Source: Octopus vulgaris (Eukaryota). From it: a stretch of DNA of 64,000 bases. The DNA lies in contig OX597817.1 of assembly GCA_951406725.2 (NCBI GenBank), positions 108,004,001-108,068,000 on the forward strand, in the 5' to 3' direction. The notes below the pieces were generated by a model, which saw only the letters and a list, made by a program, of their open reading frames with translations, had not been told where the DNA came from and did no database searches. The translations under genes were made by a program, and so were the position numbers. Within the stretch, counting starts at the first letter, position 1; every line of letters begins with the position of its first letter. This document shows, piece after piece, positions 26,187-41,659 of this stretch.

Positions 26187-26964
26187 AGCAAGGATATAAA
26201 ACTGAGGATATAAAATCATGAATGCTTCTGGGACCTCCTAACTTTCAGAACTTTAACCATTTCTTAGCCTTGTATCCGTGATTATTTAAAACGATACTTC
26301 ATTTCATTCTCTCTCTCTCTCTCCCTCTCTCTCTTTTTCATTGTCGTGTGTGTACGCGTGTTTGTGTGTGTGTGTGTGTGTTTGTGTTTGTGTGTGTGTG
26401 TGTTGTCTAGGCATGTTGTCTGACGTGTGTTCTTTTCTCGATTATTCTGCTGTTTGTTTTGCTGGTGAAGTTTTAAAATAATATGTTCGTTGTAGTGAAA
26501 TAAAGTGGTTCCAATTAGTTACATACGTTGTTATTGTCAGATCGCTTGGGCATTATTGAAGTCTTTTACGCTAGACGTCCATTATTTTTTATCAGCCATC
26601 AATGTACGTGTATTCTTCTTCTTCCCGCTTTTCAGTTTATGGAATAGATACAAACAAATGATGGAGCCTCAATGTAGTTGTTCGACCGGCCAGAAATTAT
26701 AGCTGAATCTCTTTCAGATCATCCTCATCCGTCGTAAAAAGTATCAGTAAACACTGGATAATGTATTTCCAGGCATTCTTTAAACAACTGGAAATACAAA
26801 ATACTTTTCGGAATGTATCATAGACATACATACATACATACATACAGACAGACAGACAGACAGACAGACTGAGCCCCACTATCTGATGCAGACTTCGGGA
26901 CGTGCATTTTAAAGAATTTAATGTGGAAACAAAGTAGGAACTAGGGGTGTATCCAAATCTCCTC

Positions 26965-27003
<39 letters not shown>

Positions 27004-28765
27004 TTAAACTCCTTCTGGTATAAGTGTAAACTACACGTAATGTACACCATCTTGCATGTGTCTCTGGAAAACTTAATGAAAATATATTTTATGCATATTA
27101 AAGAATGTTATGGGGAAGCAAAATCGGTATGTGGTTCGTGCACTCTTCTGTAGTTATACCTCTTCAAAATTGTCTTTGTTTTCCAGTGAAAAGACGTGTG
27201 GCTATGTTCCCTCTTTTCTAGCCAGAAACATTTCAAGACCTTGACGTCTGATACGATGTAATCTCATTAACAATCAATAGCTTAATACTTCAACCTTTCA
27301 TAATCAAAATTTTTTAATTCCACTGAGTATTGTATTTCAAAATATGGCAACGTTATTATTCATACCTCTGAGTCTTATTATGTAAATAAAGACGAGGTTA
27401 TTGCCATGTGATTCATCCTAAGAAACAATTCAGAGCCGTGCTTTTAATGCTTAAAATCATGAAATGTATACGTTCTACCGTGTACGTACATGAATGATGA
27501 ATGGTATACGTTACATGAGCCTGTAAGCAAACGTGGTAGGTTCTACTTGGTCGCTCAGTTTGCTAGATATAGCAGCGAAATATCCCATAACTTACACCTT
27601 CTATCTTAAAGAAGGCTGCATTTGGTAATAGATATACATTATGCTAGATATACACTATCCATAACAACAAACGACAAAAGGACTGCCTTTGATTATAAGT
27701 TAGTTTGATCAGGATTGACGTGGGGCTTGTCTGTATTAGTGTGCCGAGGGCATCCAATAATTATTTCTGTCCTAATATTTGACTAAAACAGAAAATCGTA
27801 AGCAAAATGAAATAACTGTATATCAGTTATGAAATATACACTGAACAAAATGTTTAACGGTATTTCGTCCGCTTTACATTCAGAGTTCAAATGCCGCGAG
27901 GTCGATATTGCCTTTCATCCTTTCAGGGTCGATAAAATAAGTACCAGTTGAATATTGGAGTCGCTGGAATCGTCTGATTCCCTCTCTCAAAATTCGAGGC
28001 CTTGTTCAGATAGTAGAAAGGATTATTATTTTGACACATGTTTAACAACACACAGAATAATTTCTCTTTTCCTCCTTGATTGAGTGCCTGTGCTTAAAAC
28101 ATCAACATTTTTTTCTTTTCCTCACGGCGATTATTTTTACACTACAATTATTTACATTTTCTTTCATTACCGCTCTACTTGTTACGGGTGCAAATCCACG
28201 CCGATTTTTCCATTTCTGGATATTACCTTACGAGAGAGATGATGTGTGTGTGTGTGTGTGTGTTTTAGAGTATGGAATTAAATATATCAAGGACAATTGA
28301 TTCTATTTAAGGGAATGTAGTCAATAACCTCACTGGCGTGGACGGCAAATTACACCGACCCAACTGTATACAATTATTGCCAAATCATCAAGTATCACAA
28401 AATTCACTGAATGCAGTTGGCTGTTTTCATTGATATTATGTTCTAGATAACACACATACATGGAAAACTATAAATAGTAATCTATCATTTATATAGAATA
28501 GTGGGTTTTGCAATTCAGCATGTTTTTTAAACAGTAAATATCATGGCGGATATCCTCTGTAACTGTTACTAAATTACCTGCAATTTAAATAATGTTCTTT
28601 TCATAGACAGCTGGCTATCTTGCTTGAACATAGTCATATCTTTTATTCATTGAAGAGCAAAAAAATTGCTTTATATTATCTGATTTAAGTTTTTGAAAAT
28701 ATCTGAGGTTTCTTAAATCATAACTATATATGCTTGCTATTGTCATACTGAAGCTATAACTCACT

Positions 28766-29149
28766 GGAGGCGCAATGGCCCAGTGGTTAGGACAGCGGAC
28801 TCGCGGTCGTAGGATCGCGGTTTCGATTCCCAGACCGGGCGTTGTGAGTGTTTATTGAGCGAAAACACCTAAAGCTCCACGAGGCTCCGGCAGGGATGGT
28901 GGTGATCCCTGCTGTACTCTTTCACCACAACTTTCTCTCACTTTTACTTCCTGTTTCTGTTGTACCTGTATTTCAAAGGGCCGGCCTTGTCACTCTCTGT
29001 GTCACGCTGAATATCCCCGAGAACTACGTTAAGGGTACACGTGTCTGTGGAGTGCTCAGCTACTTACACGTTAATTTCACGAGCAGGCTGTTCCGTTGAT
29101 CGGATCAACCGGAACCCTCGTCGTCGTAACCGACGGAGTGCTTCCATCC
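28766..29149 (+). mobile_element. Full-length tRNA-derived SINE (family C) with 10-bp TSD
   Basis: GGAGGCGCAATGGCCCAGTGG..GGTTTCGATTCCC head; ATAACTCACT at 28756-28765 and 29150-29159. Confidence 0.9.
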
Positions 29150-29769
29150 ATAACTCACTTCATTAACAACTCTAAAGAGATCAAGAGGATATTATCCTTA
29201 AAGTAATCGTAGCAACACTTTTAAAACCTAGAGTCGACGTGGGTGCTATCTATGCGGTTACTTCACTTGCTAGATTCAACGGCCAAATTCCCATCCTATC
29301 ACACCTCCAACTTTCCCTTTCAGCGCTATCATATCAATGACTAAATACTGGTAACTTTCATGACAACCATTCACTACTGGCGTCGCATTTGGGCAGTTCT
29401 TAGCAGATGATGTATAGGTTGGTTGATAATTCATCGTTCTATGTCAGCAGCCCACGCTGATCCCTGCCCAAGAATGAAATCAGACATGACGGTTTACTCG
29501 AGATTGTTAAGACTTGTATTGGTTTTAGGCATAGTGTACCTACGACTACATTAAACAATTTCTTTCCGTCTTAAGACGGTAAAATGAACAATTGAGGAAG
29601 AATATACTGCTGTTTCTAGTGGGACCTACAAGCATAAAAGTTTTCATATAGGTTGTGAGTGTTTCTTTTATTTAGTACCAGGCCCACCTTGGAGGAGCAG
29701 ACTCCTGATTAACGATATTCCATATGACATCATACATTTCGTTTTGAAACATAATGTACAATAATGATT

Positions 29770-29960
29770 TTAAATTTTGGCACCAGACCAGTAATTTCAA
29801 GGGATGTGTAAATTGATTATATCGACCTCAGTACTCAACCAGTTCTTATTATATCGACCCCAAAATCGATGGAATTTGAACTCAGAACATGAGGACGGAC
29901 GAAATGCCGCTAAGCATTTCGCCCTGCATGCTAAAGATTCAGCCAGCTCGCCCCCTTACC
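29770..29960 (-). mobile_element. SINE family B copy
   Basis: Similar to 19633-19854. Confidence 0.75.
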
Positions 29961-30772
29961 ACAATGTATAATAATGACTGCATTATCCGCTTATACTTTT
30001 TTTTATGGCGGTTAGGTAGACTTCAGTGAGATTCAGTTGTTATTTCCAGCAGTCTTTCGTTAGCTCAAATGTTAAATGTTAGTGCACATGATTAAGTTAC
30101 GAAAACAAATCAAGTGAAAATTAGAGAATAAAGAAAATGTTCTCAAATTCAAAACATGCAAAGCATTAAGAAATTAGTGCCGAGAAAACTACTTTATTTC
30201 CAAATTGCCAAAAGGTAAATTTACAACCCACTTTACATTATCTACATACGAACATTCAAGTTGGTTACATGCACAAACACACACACGGACACATACGCAC
30301 ATATATATGTGCTTGCACACTTGTATGTATGTATTATATCGAGCTGACTTACGATAGCGCTCCAGCCATAACCATTTTGTTATCTGATATATCAAAGAGA
30401 TCATTGATCAATGAATCCATTCTCAATTATGACATGAGGGTGTGATTTGTAGGAAACGTTGCTGCTACTTTAGCTGGTCGAGAGACCATATAGAAGTTTT
30501 CTCCTCTTCGATTTATTTTTATATCGTTAGAAGAGATATCGGGAGATTAAAGTGTCTTAGTGGCAGTGTGAAAGCTTGCAAAACGCGCAAATGGCCTTAT
30601 CTTTCTGGACACCATCGGAAATGTTTGCCTCTGTAACAACGGCAGAGACCCAGGATCAACAGGTGTTTAGAGCTGAAATATTGTCTTGCTACAATAGAAC
30701 AATAATCAGTGAAGTATACTAATCGCAATTCTAACTACGTTCAGAGAAAGGGAAGGAGAGGGAGATACAGAG

Positions 30773-30824
<52 letters not shown>

Positions 30825-30844
30825 GAGAGATAGAGATACAGATG

Positions 30845-30938
<94 letters not shown>

Positions 30939-32282
30939 GGAGCGCGGGGGGGGGGGGGTTAATGAGTAAATCTGTGCAAGTGAGACAAGGTTGGCAACTT
31001 TAAAGCTTGAAAAATTCTAATGGATTCACTAAGCAGCTTAAGTGATGTTATAGATGCGATCGCTATGAATGATTTATCAGAGTGACAGCAGACGTTAATC
31101 AAAAGCTTTTGAATGTAAATTATTAACAGGAGTAAGAGTCTTATTCTTGCGTGCCTTAACGACATTCACCGATTCGTTCGAAAAGATGTAGCAGGTGATG
31201 TATGTATGTATGTATGTATGTATGTATGTATGTATGTATGTATGTATGTATGTATGTATGTATGTATGTATGAATACATGTATGTATATGTATACACATA
31301 CTTACATACACATACATATATATATATATAAATAATATATATATATATAAATTATACATACATGCATACATATATACATACATACATACATATATACATA
31401 CATATAAATATATATATACATGTGCGTGTGCGCGCGTGCGCGCGCGCGTGCGTTTTTGTGCAAGACCAACACTCATTTACGATTGGCCAGTGATGGGTGC
31501 TTTTTCTGCGGTTTTGTGCAAAGCAGTTGGACGACAATACTTTTCCGCGTTAACTGTTTCGTTTTGGTTTAAATTTTAACCCTCATGACAGACGACACTC
31601 TTTATATCGCACCAAAACACAGGGCATCATTCTTTTTTTTCGGGTGCAGTCCTGGTTTCATTGAGTGCTTACCACTTACGATGATTCTGCCCAGGAAATA
31701 TTCGAAAGGACGAGCAGAGTGCAAGTCTTTGATTATGCAGAAAAACGGTCAGATGATGGGGGAACCCACTGACCAAGTTTAGACACTTTTCCTAATTCAT
31801 GAAAATGTTTTATGATCGAAGTATGATTTTAATTGAACTATGTCGCTAATTCTCGTGCCGTTTGATTTGAACTTTTCTCAAGTTTCTGTTTCCAGAAGCT
31901 CAATATTGAAAGAACTTGGTAGTCTAGATCAAGGCGAATCAACGAGACAAAAATTTCCCGAGTGTAACTGACCAAATCATCTTTAACGTGTTCGAATAAC
32001 GACTACAAAGAGGCTTCTTTGTTGGTTTGTACTCTGTTTTTAGGGCATATTCCGAACGCAACTATTTTTACACTAAAATTCTTATTTGCTAATGTTATTT
32101 GTACAGACGTGAGTGGGTGTGCTTGAGAAGTTTGCTTCCCAACTAAATGTTTCTGGGTTCGGTGCCATTGCATCTTGAGCAAGTACCCTCTGCTATATAC
32201 CCAGACCGACCAAATACTTGTGAGTGGATTTAGTAGAGGCGAAACTGAAAGAGCCTGTCGTACACACACACACACACGCACG

Positions 32283-32353
<71 letters not shown>

Positions 32354-32489
32354 GGAAGTTAAAACTTCCATTGGTGTCACACCTATAAAACGCTTAGCAA
32401 TATAGGCATACATACGTATGTATGTATGTATGGATGGATGGATGGATGGATGGATGGATGGATGCATTCATGCATGCATATATGTATAT

Positions 32490-32725
32490 AAAAATAAATG
32501 CGCCCTTTTAAAGCCTAGCCAGGCTCATGGGCCCAATTTCCCGGTTTCAATGGCGTCGCCATTCCATCGCAGCGTTACTCATTTTTGCCAGCTGAGTAGA
32601 CTGGAGCAACGTGAAATGAAGTGTTTTGCTCAAGAGCACAACGCGTCGCCCGGTCCAGGAATCGAAACCACAATTTTACGATCATGATGCTGACACCCTA
32701 ACCACTAAGCCACTAAGCCTCCACG
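32490..32725 (-). mobile_element. tRNA-derived SINE
   Basis: Minus-strand head GGCTTAGTGGTTAGGG..GGTTTCGATTCC followed by CTTGAGCAAAACACTTCATTTCAC. Confidence 0.8.
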
Positions 32726-33879
32726 TATGTTTATAGGTTATGTCTATACATTTATGTGAGTGTGTGTATGTCTGTGTCTGCTTATCCTGACACCGTGCGA
32801 TAGTTGTAAATGGATGTCATTCATTTCCACTATTCTGCGGAAACATATCTGGCCATGGCGAAATATTATTTTGCTTAGAAACAGGTAGGGGCTGGTGGTT
32901 GATGACCGCTGAAAATCTGCCTGAATAAATTCTGGTCAGACCCTTACAATCATGGAAAAGTGAACGATGGTGAATGATGCTGTATATTCTGTGTCAATGC
33001 ATTGTATATACACGACTGTATTCAATAAAGATGTTGACTAGAAAAAAAAAATTCTTAGGTTAAAACTGAATATTCAATAAATACTAAAGGTTGTTTTTCA
33101 CCAAGAAAATAATTAAAAAAAGAAAAAAAAAAAACCTTTTTGCTTTTTCTTTGAAATGAAACATAATCCACATATGAATGTGAAGTCATTACAAGGGTCA
33201 TGTATATCTATAATATATCTAGATTTTTCCGAAAAGTTACTTATATATTTTTATAGCTTTTTTTCTTCCTTCCTTTTTTTTTAGCCGGAATAATATTGCA
33301 GTTTTCGTAATTTCAAAATCGTTATTGATTTCCTTTTATTAATCTCAAAACTTAACTTTGTCGGACAGGAATGGATTTGATTGCATCAATCATAGTAAAC
33401 ATCCAATCCGGCACAACTGGGCCCGGTGGCTTGCCGGATAACTGAATTGTATTCAGGATTGCACTCTCGGTCATTTTTAACATTCATGACCACAGATAAT
33501 GATAGATACTTTTTTTTAAATATCTTAGCAAGCTACCCAAGCTTAATGTAACTCTTTATATACATCGCTAATATTAATATTCTAAATATAGAAATGAAAG
33601 AAATAAGAAAACGTATATTTTAAGTAGGGAGCGTGATTTATTAGCTTAATATAATACAGGTGCTGTAAATACAATAAAGTATTTTATTGCACTTTCAATA
33701 TTAATAATCCACTTTTGAAACAGTGGAAACTTTCTTTTAATGACGAATAACATAAATAGGCATAAATTTTCTAACAACGCTTTCCCAGTTATTTTTTCTG
33801 GGTGTCACTTGCTTGAGAGTTTCAGTCATTTGAATACTGGATAAGAGGGAGTTAATTGTATATTAGTCGTACACACACA

Positions 33880-33924
<45 letters not shown>

Positions 33925-34009
33925 ACACTCACACACATGCGCACTCACACAATCGCGCACACACATGTGTGTGTGTGTTTATATAAATATATATATATAT
34001 GTATATAGG

Positions 34010-34360
34010 CCCAACCACATGGTTTCGGCTTCGGTCCTACTGCGTGACACCTTGGGCCAGTGTCTTCTACTATAGCCTCGGACCGACCAAAGCCTTGTGA
34101 GTGGATGGATTTGGTAGACGGAAACAGAAAGAAGCCCGTCGTACACGCACACACACACACACACATTTGTGTGTCTTTGTTCCCCCACCATCACTTGACA
34201 ACCAACGTTGACGTGTTCACACCCTCGTAACTTAGCGATTCAGCTAATGACACCGATAGAATAAGTACTAGGCTTACAAAGAATAAGTCCTGGGGTCGAT
34301 TTGTTCGACTAAAAGCGGTGCTCCAGCATGACTGAAACAAGTATAAGAATAAAAGAATAT
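34010..34360 (+). mobile_element. SINE family A copy
   Basis: Reverse complement similarity to 18161-18596. Confidence 0.8.
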
Positions 34361-35267
34361 ATAATCGACTGTGGAATGATGAAAACTTATCTCCACGTTA
34401 CTAATATTTGAACTTCCAAATACGAAATTTCGCTTTAAAAAATACCCCAGATATTTAGTTTAGTGTCTCGCCTTTTCAAATGTTATGTCATCGTTAAAAA
34501 ATATATAGAAAGAAGTATTGGATTATACAGTTTTATAAGAGAATTATGGAATGAACGTGGCACGAGCGCCTTATTTCATACGGTCTACTCAAGCAGGGAT
34601 AACCAAGAGCTAAATCACAGCAACATTAACTATTTCTGTAAACAACCACCGAAGCAAGCACAAGGTAAAGACGTGGTCACTGGACCGACGAAAAATACCT
34701 ACCAAATCTCTAAAACCATAACATACCATCTTTTTGTAAAGGAAGTACACACGAGACAGCGCGGTTCCCTGGTGTACGAACAGACCGAATGATCATGGCT
34801 GGAATGTTTTTGATAAGCAGTCTGCTCAGTCAAACAACTATTTCTATAAAATGTTTTAATTTCAGTTCTTTTCATTCATTGTTCTTCAAAGAACTCGTAC
34901 TACTGTGAAATATATCCTACATTCAAGTGCAAGCATAGCTGTGTGGCTAAGAAGCTCGCTTCTCAATCATGTAGTTTTGGGTTCAGTCTCGCTGTGCGGT
35001 ACCATGAGCAAGTGTCTTCTACTATAGCCCCGGGTCAACCGAAACATAAATGAATTTAGTAGACGGAAACTGTGTGGAAGCTCGTCGTGTGTTGTTTTCT
35101 ATATCCTTTAGGATGCCTTCTCAAGCGTTACCCATCATTCTTGTCTATTTGGCCCTAAGGCTAAATTTTGTTCGTTTCCGATTTATTTCGTCTTTGTCCA
35201 TCGTCTTAAGTTACATTATTTATAATTCCGTATGTCTACTTTGTATTGTTTTGTTTCTTCTACGCCC

Positions 35268-35334
<67 letters not shown>

Positions 35335-36058
35335 AATCAGAACCAGCTCGAGGTATGTAAACACAATCGAACACACGTACGTAAGGTATGCGCGTTGCTA
35401 GTTCGTGGGTTAGTTTGTTAAGATACCTCCAGCTGCTTCTGATTTATATTTGAATTTTTTGCGTGCCATGAAACGTTGTCACATGCCAGCAGATGATTCT
35501 TAAACCATTTAACATACAGTCATAGCTTGCAGCGGGACTTGTTCGGTACGCAACATTGACAAATCACAACAATAACGAAATATCAACGTCTGTCGTTCCG
35601 GGAAGGGACCTGTTGTGAGTTCGTCTCGCTTGCTTATTGCTTACTTTTATGTATTTTTAAGCGCATTGAGAATATATTCTCTTCTGCCTAAAACGCAGCC
35701 GACCCACGAACTAACAACACACACAACTTGTGTATGTGAGTTCGATTTTGTTTACACACACACACACACACACTATGTGTGTGCGTGTCTTTCTGTATGT
35801 CCTCCGTCAGCACTTGACAGCTAAAATTGGTAGTTTGTGTATGTCTCTGTAACTTAGCGGTTCAAGAAAAGATCGATAGACGTAAAAACTATATACTAGG
35901 GTCGATTTATTTGATTAAACCCGCAAAGGCCGTACCCCAGCATGGCTGCAGTTCAGTGATGGAAAATGAGGAAAAAGATTGATATATAAGTTACGGGGAC
36001 GTAAACACGCCAACGTTGGTTGTCAAGTGATGGGGGGGGGGGGGGGACAAAAATACAA

Positions 36059-36090
<32 letters not shown>

Positions 36091-36093
36091 ATG

Positions 36094-36132
<39 letters not shown>

Positions 36133-36214
36133 CGAGCTTCTTTCAGTTTCTGTCTACCAAATCCATCCACTCACAAGGCTTTGGTCTGTCCGAGGCTATA
36201 GTAGAAGACACTGG

Positions 36215-36317
36215 CTCCTTTGAGAGGAGTTTGGAAAGAAGTGTTCGGGTATTTCTAGGAATCTTGGGAAATCTTCGCATTGATGATGGAGAGCTATTCA
36301 AAACTACTGAAGAATAA
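36215..36317 (+). mobile_element. Possible BEL/Pao integrase remnant
   Basis: With one frameshift reads GVW(E)RSVRVFLGILGNLRIDDGELFKT, like the BEL/Pao GGVWERxVRSVK..ILG...DEEL motif. Confidence 0.35.
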
Positions 36318-37544
36318 ATATATCGTTAACGAAACTATATATTAAAAAAATGACAATAAAAAATAACAAGTCTTGTAACTTTCCAGAAAATGTTGATGTA
36401 TTATTGATGTACGTGATTGTTGTAAAGAGTTTAGTCATATATGAATAAGGTTTCATTTCAAAGACAAAGCAAAAAGATTTATTTTATTTTATTTTTACTT
36501 CTTCCCTCTGAGAAGTAGTTCTTTAGTTTCTTTAGTGATTTACTGAATATTCATTTTAACTACAGTAACGTTTTCTTTCTGTCAGCGTCTTTATTAAATA
36601 TAGACGTGATCACACATTGCATTAACACAAACAGGAAGAGCGGTCTCAGAGAAACTTTATACCGCCACAGATAAAACTTTTCTCAGAAGCCCTGATCCTA
36701 GAAATATTCTGCATATTTTCATATAGATATCTAGTGATATAATAGGATATCTTAAACATAATCACAATCTCTAATTTACAAATGGTTACTTAGTTTTAAA
36801 GTACAGTCTGGAGCCTTACTTTTCACGCCCTGTTTCTCAACGAGAACATTATTTGTATAAACGAACATCCTGAATGATGTGTTGTGTAGTAAGCTAGTGT
36901 ATTAGTACTAAGCAATATACAACTCTCGCGTAAAAGCCCCTAAAACGTTAACATTCTTACAGTGAATGCAGACAGAAGGAAATCACCCTACTTATAGCGT
37001 ATATGCGTTTGAAAGAAAATAAACACTGACCTAGTTTTACGTAAGGTAATTTGTCTACTAAGTTTTGTTTAACTGACGTCATTTGAAGATACTTAGAAAT
37101 GTTTTAAAACACCAAGAGGGCCCTTGCTAATAAGCGTAATAAACATACAACGAGTAATAACTCATTACGCACAATTATAATGTAAACACATGCAAAGCTG
37201 TAATAATAATAATAATAATAAATAATAATAATAATAATAATAATTATAATAATGATGATAATAATAATAATTATAATAATGATGATAATAATAATAATCT
37301 ATAATATATATATATATATAAGTGTGTGTGTGTGTGTATATATATATATAAAGTGTTTGTATATGAGTATATACGAACAATGCAAGGCACAATAAACGAG
37401 CTCTTGAATCAAATCCTCAACACAAGAGCCGATTTGTGTTCCACATCTCTGTTACGTCATGCAGTTCCATTTCTATCTCACGCATATTCGTGGTCTTGTG
37501 CTTAAAAATTATCTATCCAGTAGTGGTTGTGGTAGTAGTAGTAG

Positions 37545-37581
<37 letters not shown>

Positions 37582-38466
37582 AGTGGTTGTGGTAGTAGTA
37601 GTAGTAGTAGTCGTCGTCGTAGTAGTAGTAGTAGTTGTTGTTGTTTCAATTCCTTGACTGGCTGGTGTGTTGTGTTTTTTTTGGTTTTTTTTTTAGCAAA
37701 ACACTTCATCTCACTTTGCTCTGTGATCACTTCGACACCTGACGTGTAGTATACTCTACACCAGTTCAAGCAACGTCGATTTTATGGAAAGACTGGGCTA
37801 ATGTACACATCATTTGTGTCGGTTGTCTTCCTCGGACCATCTTCCTCGGACTGCTAGAGACTGCCATCATGATGTTTATATCACGGTTGTTGTTAAGTCA
37901 ATCTTGAGTTAACAGGACAATGATCAAAGGCATTCCAGCCATGCACATCTCGTCCTTTATATTTTGAAGCATAGTCATCATCGTTTTAACGCTTACTCAT
38001 CTATTCTCACATGGGTTGGACAGAATTTGTGAAGCAAGATTTTCTATGGATGACAGTGATATTCGCTTATTACTATCACCCAACGTCAAGGCAAGAAGAC
38101 TAACGTACACACGCGCGCGCGTGCGCACACATACAAGGGGGTTCTTTCGGTTTCCATCCATCAAAACCTCTCTCAAGGCTTTGGGCAGCCCAATGCTATA
38201 GTAGAAGACACTTGCCCAAGGTGCCACGTGAAATTATGTGGTTGAAACCATTCGGTCGGGAAGCCAACTTCTTGCCACACAGCCTCGTCTGTGCCTATTT
38301 TACATTTTCAGTTCCATTATTCAGTGTGATCCTTTTAGAAGCTGATCGATGGCAGACTTACAGAATAGACAGACAGACAAACGGAATAGATAGATAAATA
38401 GACAAACAGACTGGCAAAGATAGATAAGACACATATACATAAATACATAGGATCTATTCCATCCTA

Positions 38467-38664
<198 letters not shown>

Positions 38665-39162
38665 TCATAGAAGCTTCATTGTTTCAGTAGTTAGTTATTT
38701 TTCTTGGTTTGTATCAGGGACGTTCAGAACTTTGGGTGGGGTGGGGGGAGAAAGAAAAAAGGAAAGAAACAAAAACGGTGCCACGTTTTTCTTTTGCCAA
38801 AGACAATTTAGAAGACGCTCGGGAAGTGAAATATCTTCGCCCAAGAATCACATCTGATTTCGTAACCGAGATTATTCACTCACTTGACAACGTTAGTTTG
38901 ACACTCTCCTGTATATCTGTATCGCTTACAAAATACAATTACTTTTCTCATTCAACATAGTCCGTTTGAACAAAGAGTTGCATTGCTATTATGTAAGCAA
39001 TACATTAGATGAGATATTATCACTCTGATATCATGTTACTGGCAATTGATTAACCATAGATTGTTTATCTCTTCTGAACAATATCTTTATTTGTTTATCT
39101 CTTCTAAGACAATATCCTATTTTACAATCGCGAACTACTTTCAAATTTTATCTCTCCCTCCC

Positions 39163-39228
<66 letters not shown>

Positions 39229-39256
39229 ATTATAAAAGCAAGAATGTCTGTGGTTA

Positions 39257-39473
39257 GGGCGGCGAGCACCCCGGGCGAAATGCTTAGCGGTATTTCGTCT
39301 GCCGCTACGTTCTGAGTTCAAATTCCACCGAGGTCGACTTTACCTTTCATCCTTTCGGGGTCGAATTAAATAAGTAGTAGTTACGCGCTGGGGGTCGATG
39401 TAATCGACTTAATCCCTTTGTCTGTCCTTGTTTGTCCCCTCAATGTTTAGCCCCTTGTAGGCAATAGAGAAAT
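39257..39473 (+). mobile_element. SINE family B copy with 17-bp TSD
   Basis: AAGAATGTCTGTGGTTA at 39240-39256 and 39474-39490. Confidence 0.88.
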
Positions 39474-39954
39474 AAGAATGTCTGTGGTTAACGAGATCGT
39501 TTTGCCACCACGTAACTCCGGATTCGATCTTAGTTCTTGGCACTTTTGAAAGTAGTCTTCTTTCATAGTTTCAGGATGACCAATAAATATCAAATGGCGG
39601 GAATCCTTGTCGTATATGTATATACATGTGATGTCAGGTAAATTGAAAACCGGTACATTGCAGCAGAAACAGCCTACCCAAATTATGTCCTCTTACGATA
39701 ACGCTCATTTTGCATTTCGTATTCTACAAGCGTGATAAAATATGTACCTGCCAAAGTACAAATATTCAAAGAATATATTAAAAAAAAAACATTCCGTTAA
39801 GGTGATGCCCCAGAATGGCCACAATCTAATGACTGGAAAGAGAACGAAAAAGAATATGGTTTAAGCTCTTATATTTGTTCCTGCTATTAAATTTCCTTTA
39901 ACTTTATTGTGATTTCTTTATTAATTTCCTTTAACTTTATTGTGTGTGCCTACA

Positions 39955-40256
39955 TGAAAGCACATGGCTTAGTAGTTAGGGGTATTCGACTCACGTTCGT
40001 AAGGTCGTGAGTTCAATTTCCAGCGACGTGTTGTGTCCTTGAGCAAGACACTTTATTTCACGTTGCTCCACTCCACTCAGCTGGTAAAAATGAGTTGTAC
40101 CTGTATTTTACCCTGCATTTCAAAAGACCAGCCTTGTCACATTCTGTGTCACGCTGAATCTCCCTGAGAACTACGTTTCATGTTAATGTCATGAGCAGGC
40201 TGTTCGGTTGATCGGATCAACTGGAACCCTCGTCGTCGTAACCGACGGAGTACCAG
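39955..40256 (+). mobile_element. tRNA-derived SINE sharing the family C 3' half
   Basis: tRNA-like head plus GTCACGCTGAATCTCCC..GGAACCCTCGTCGTCGTAACCGACGGAG tail. Confidence 0.8.
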
Positions 40257-40521
40257 TACTAGTTACTTTGTCTACACAGCACTTCAACGGGGGATGTTTG
40301 TACGTCACAGAATCCAGATCCTTATGGCTCGGAAAGGACAGTTGATCCCTTTTGATGTAGATACATGACTATATATACGTATATATATGTGCGCATATAT
40401 GAATATATGTGTGTGTATTTATATATATGTACGCATGTATAAATGTGTGCATCTACTCATGTATATGCACATATACACGCATACGGTCATAAAGTTTTAT
40501 CTCAAGAGGAATATTTATCTG

Positions 40522-40574
<53 letters not shown>

Positions 40575-41659
40575 ACATACATACATACATACATACATAC
40601 ATACATACATACATACATACATGCGTATATGTGTGTTTGCGTTTGTTTGTGCGTGTGCGTGCGCGCGTGTGTGTGTGTGTATGTATATATGTATGAACTG
40701 AGATAAAACTGAGAAAACATTGCTGTCGTCTTAAGTAACCTCTAAAAGGTAAGTAAATATATGTATTCAATACACACTCGAATCGAGCAAATAAGCGTCT
40801 ACTGTTTCCCCGAAATCACTATTTTTAAGTATCAAAGATATTCCGGAGTAAAAAATCACTTGAACTCTAGTCCCGCAACAAATAAAAGCCAATTCATATT
40901 GTATTTCTTTATTGTATTTCCGGTAGACGTACCCTTATATCACCTTTATAAAAGTATATTGAACGAAAGCCTACTCGAATACATACACCTACACATAAAT
41001 ACAGCCACACATACCTACACATACATACATACATACATACATACATACATACATACATACATACATACATAATGCATACATACATACATACATAATGCAT
41101 ACATACATACATACATATATATATATACACACACACACACGCATATGGTAGGTATGTGATGGCTGCTATTACCTTTATAACAATTACATCTATTATATAT
41201 ATATATATATTTACACACACACGCGCACACATATACACCTATTCACGTAGATAGGACAAAAAAAAACCAACAACAGCTGGTTGATTATTTTCATGGCAAA
41301 CAAAGAGTTCATTCACTTGGCTGTAAACTATAGGTAGGATATGATTATCGATAGGAAAGGTATAACGTCAGAAGGGTTTTGTTTTCTGCTGTTGTTATAT
41401 GGTATCGTTGAAACTGTAGATGAATGAGAGGAGAAAAGACAATCTGTGAAAATAATGAGACTTTTGTCAAGGTTTACTATAAACCGGACTGTTATCTAAC
41501 TTAAGACTCGAATACACTCACATGCATGTGCATATATATAATTATAGATGCTTGCGTGTATGTAAGTGTGTGCGTACACACACACGCACACACGCACACA
41601 CGCACGCACACACACACACATACATACACACACACAACATACACATACATATGTATATA

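Noticed and set aside
28766-28840. tRNA-like sequences here and at other SINE heads
   Set aside because: No complete cloverleaf; they continue into SINE bodies, some with TSDs, so they are not tRNA genes
31585-31782. 65-aa ATG ORF in unique intronic sequence
   Set aside because: No motif or compatible splice donor linking it to the host exons
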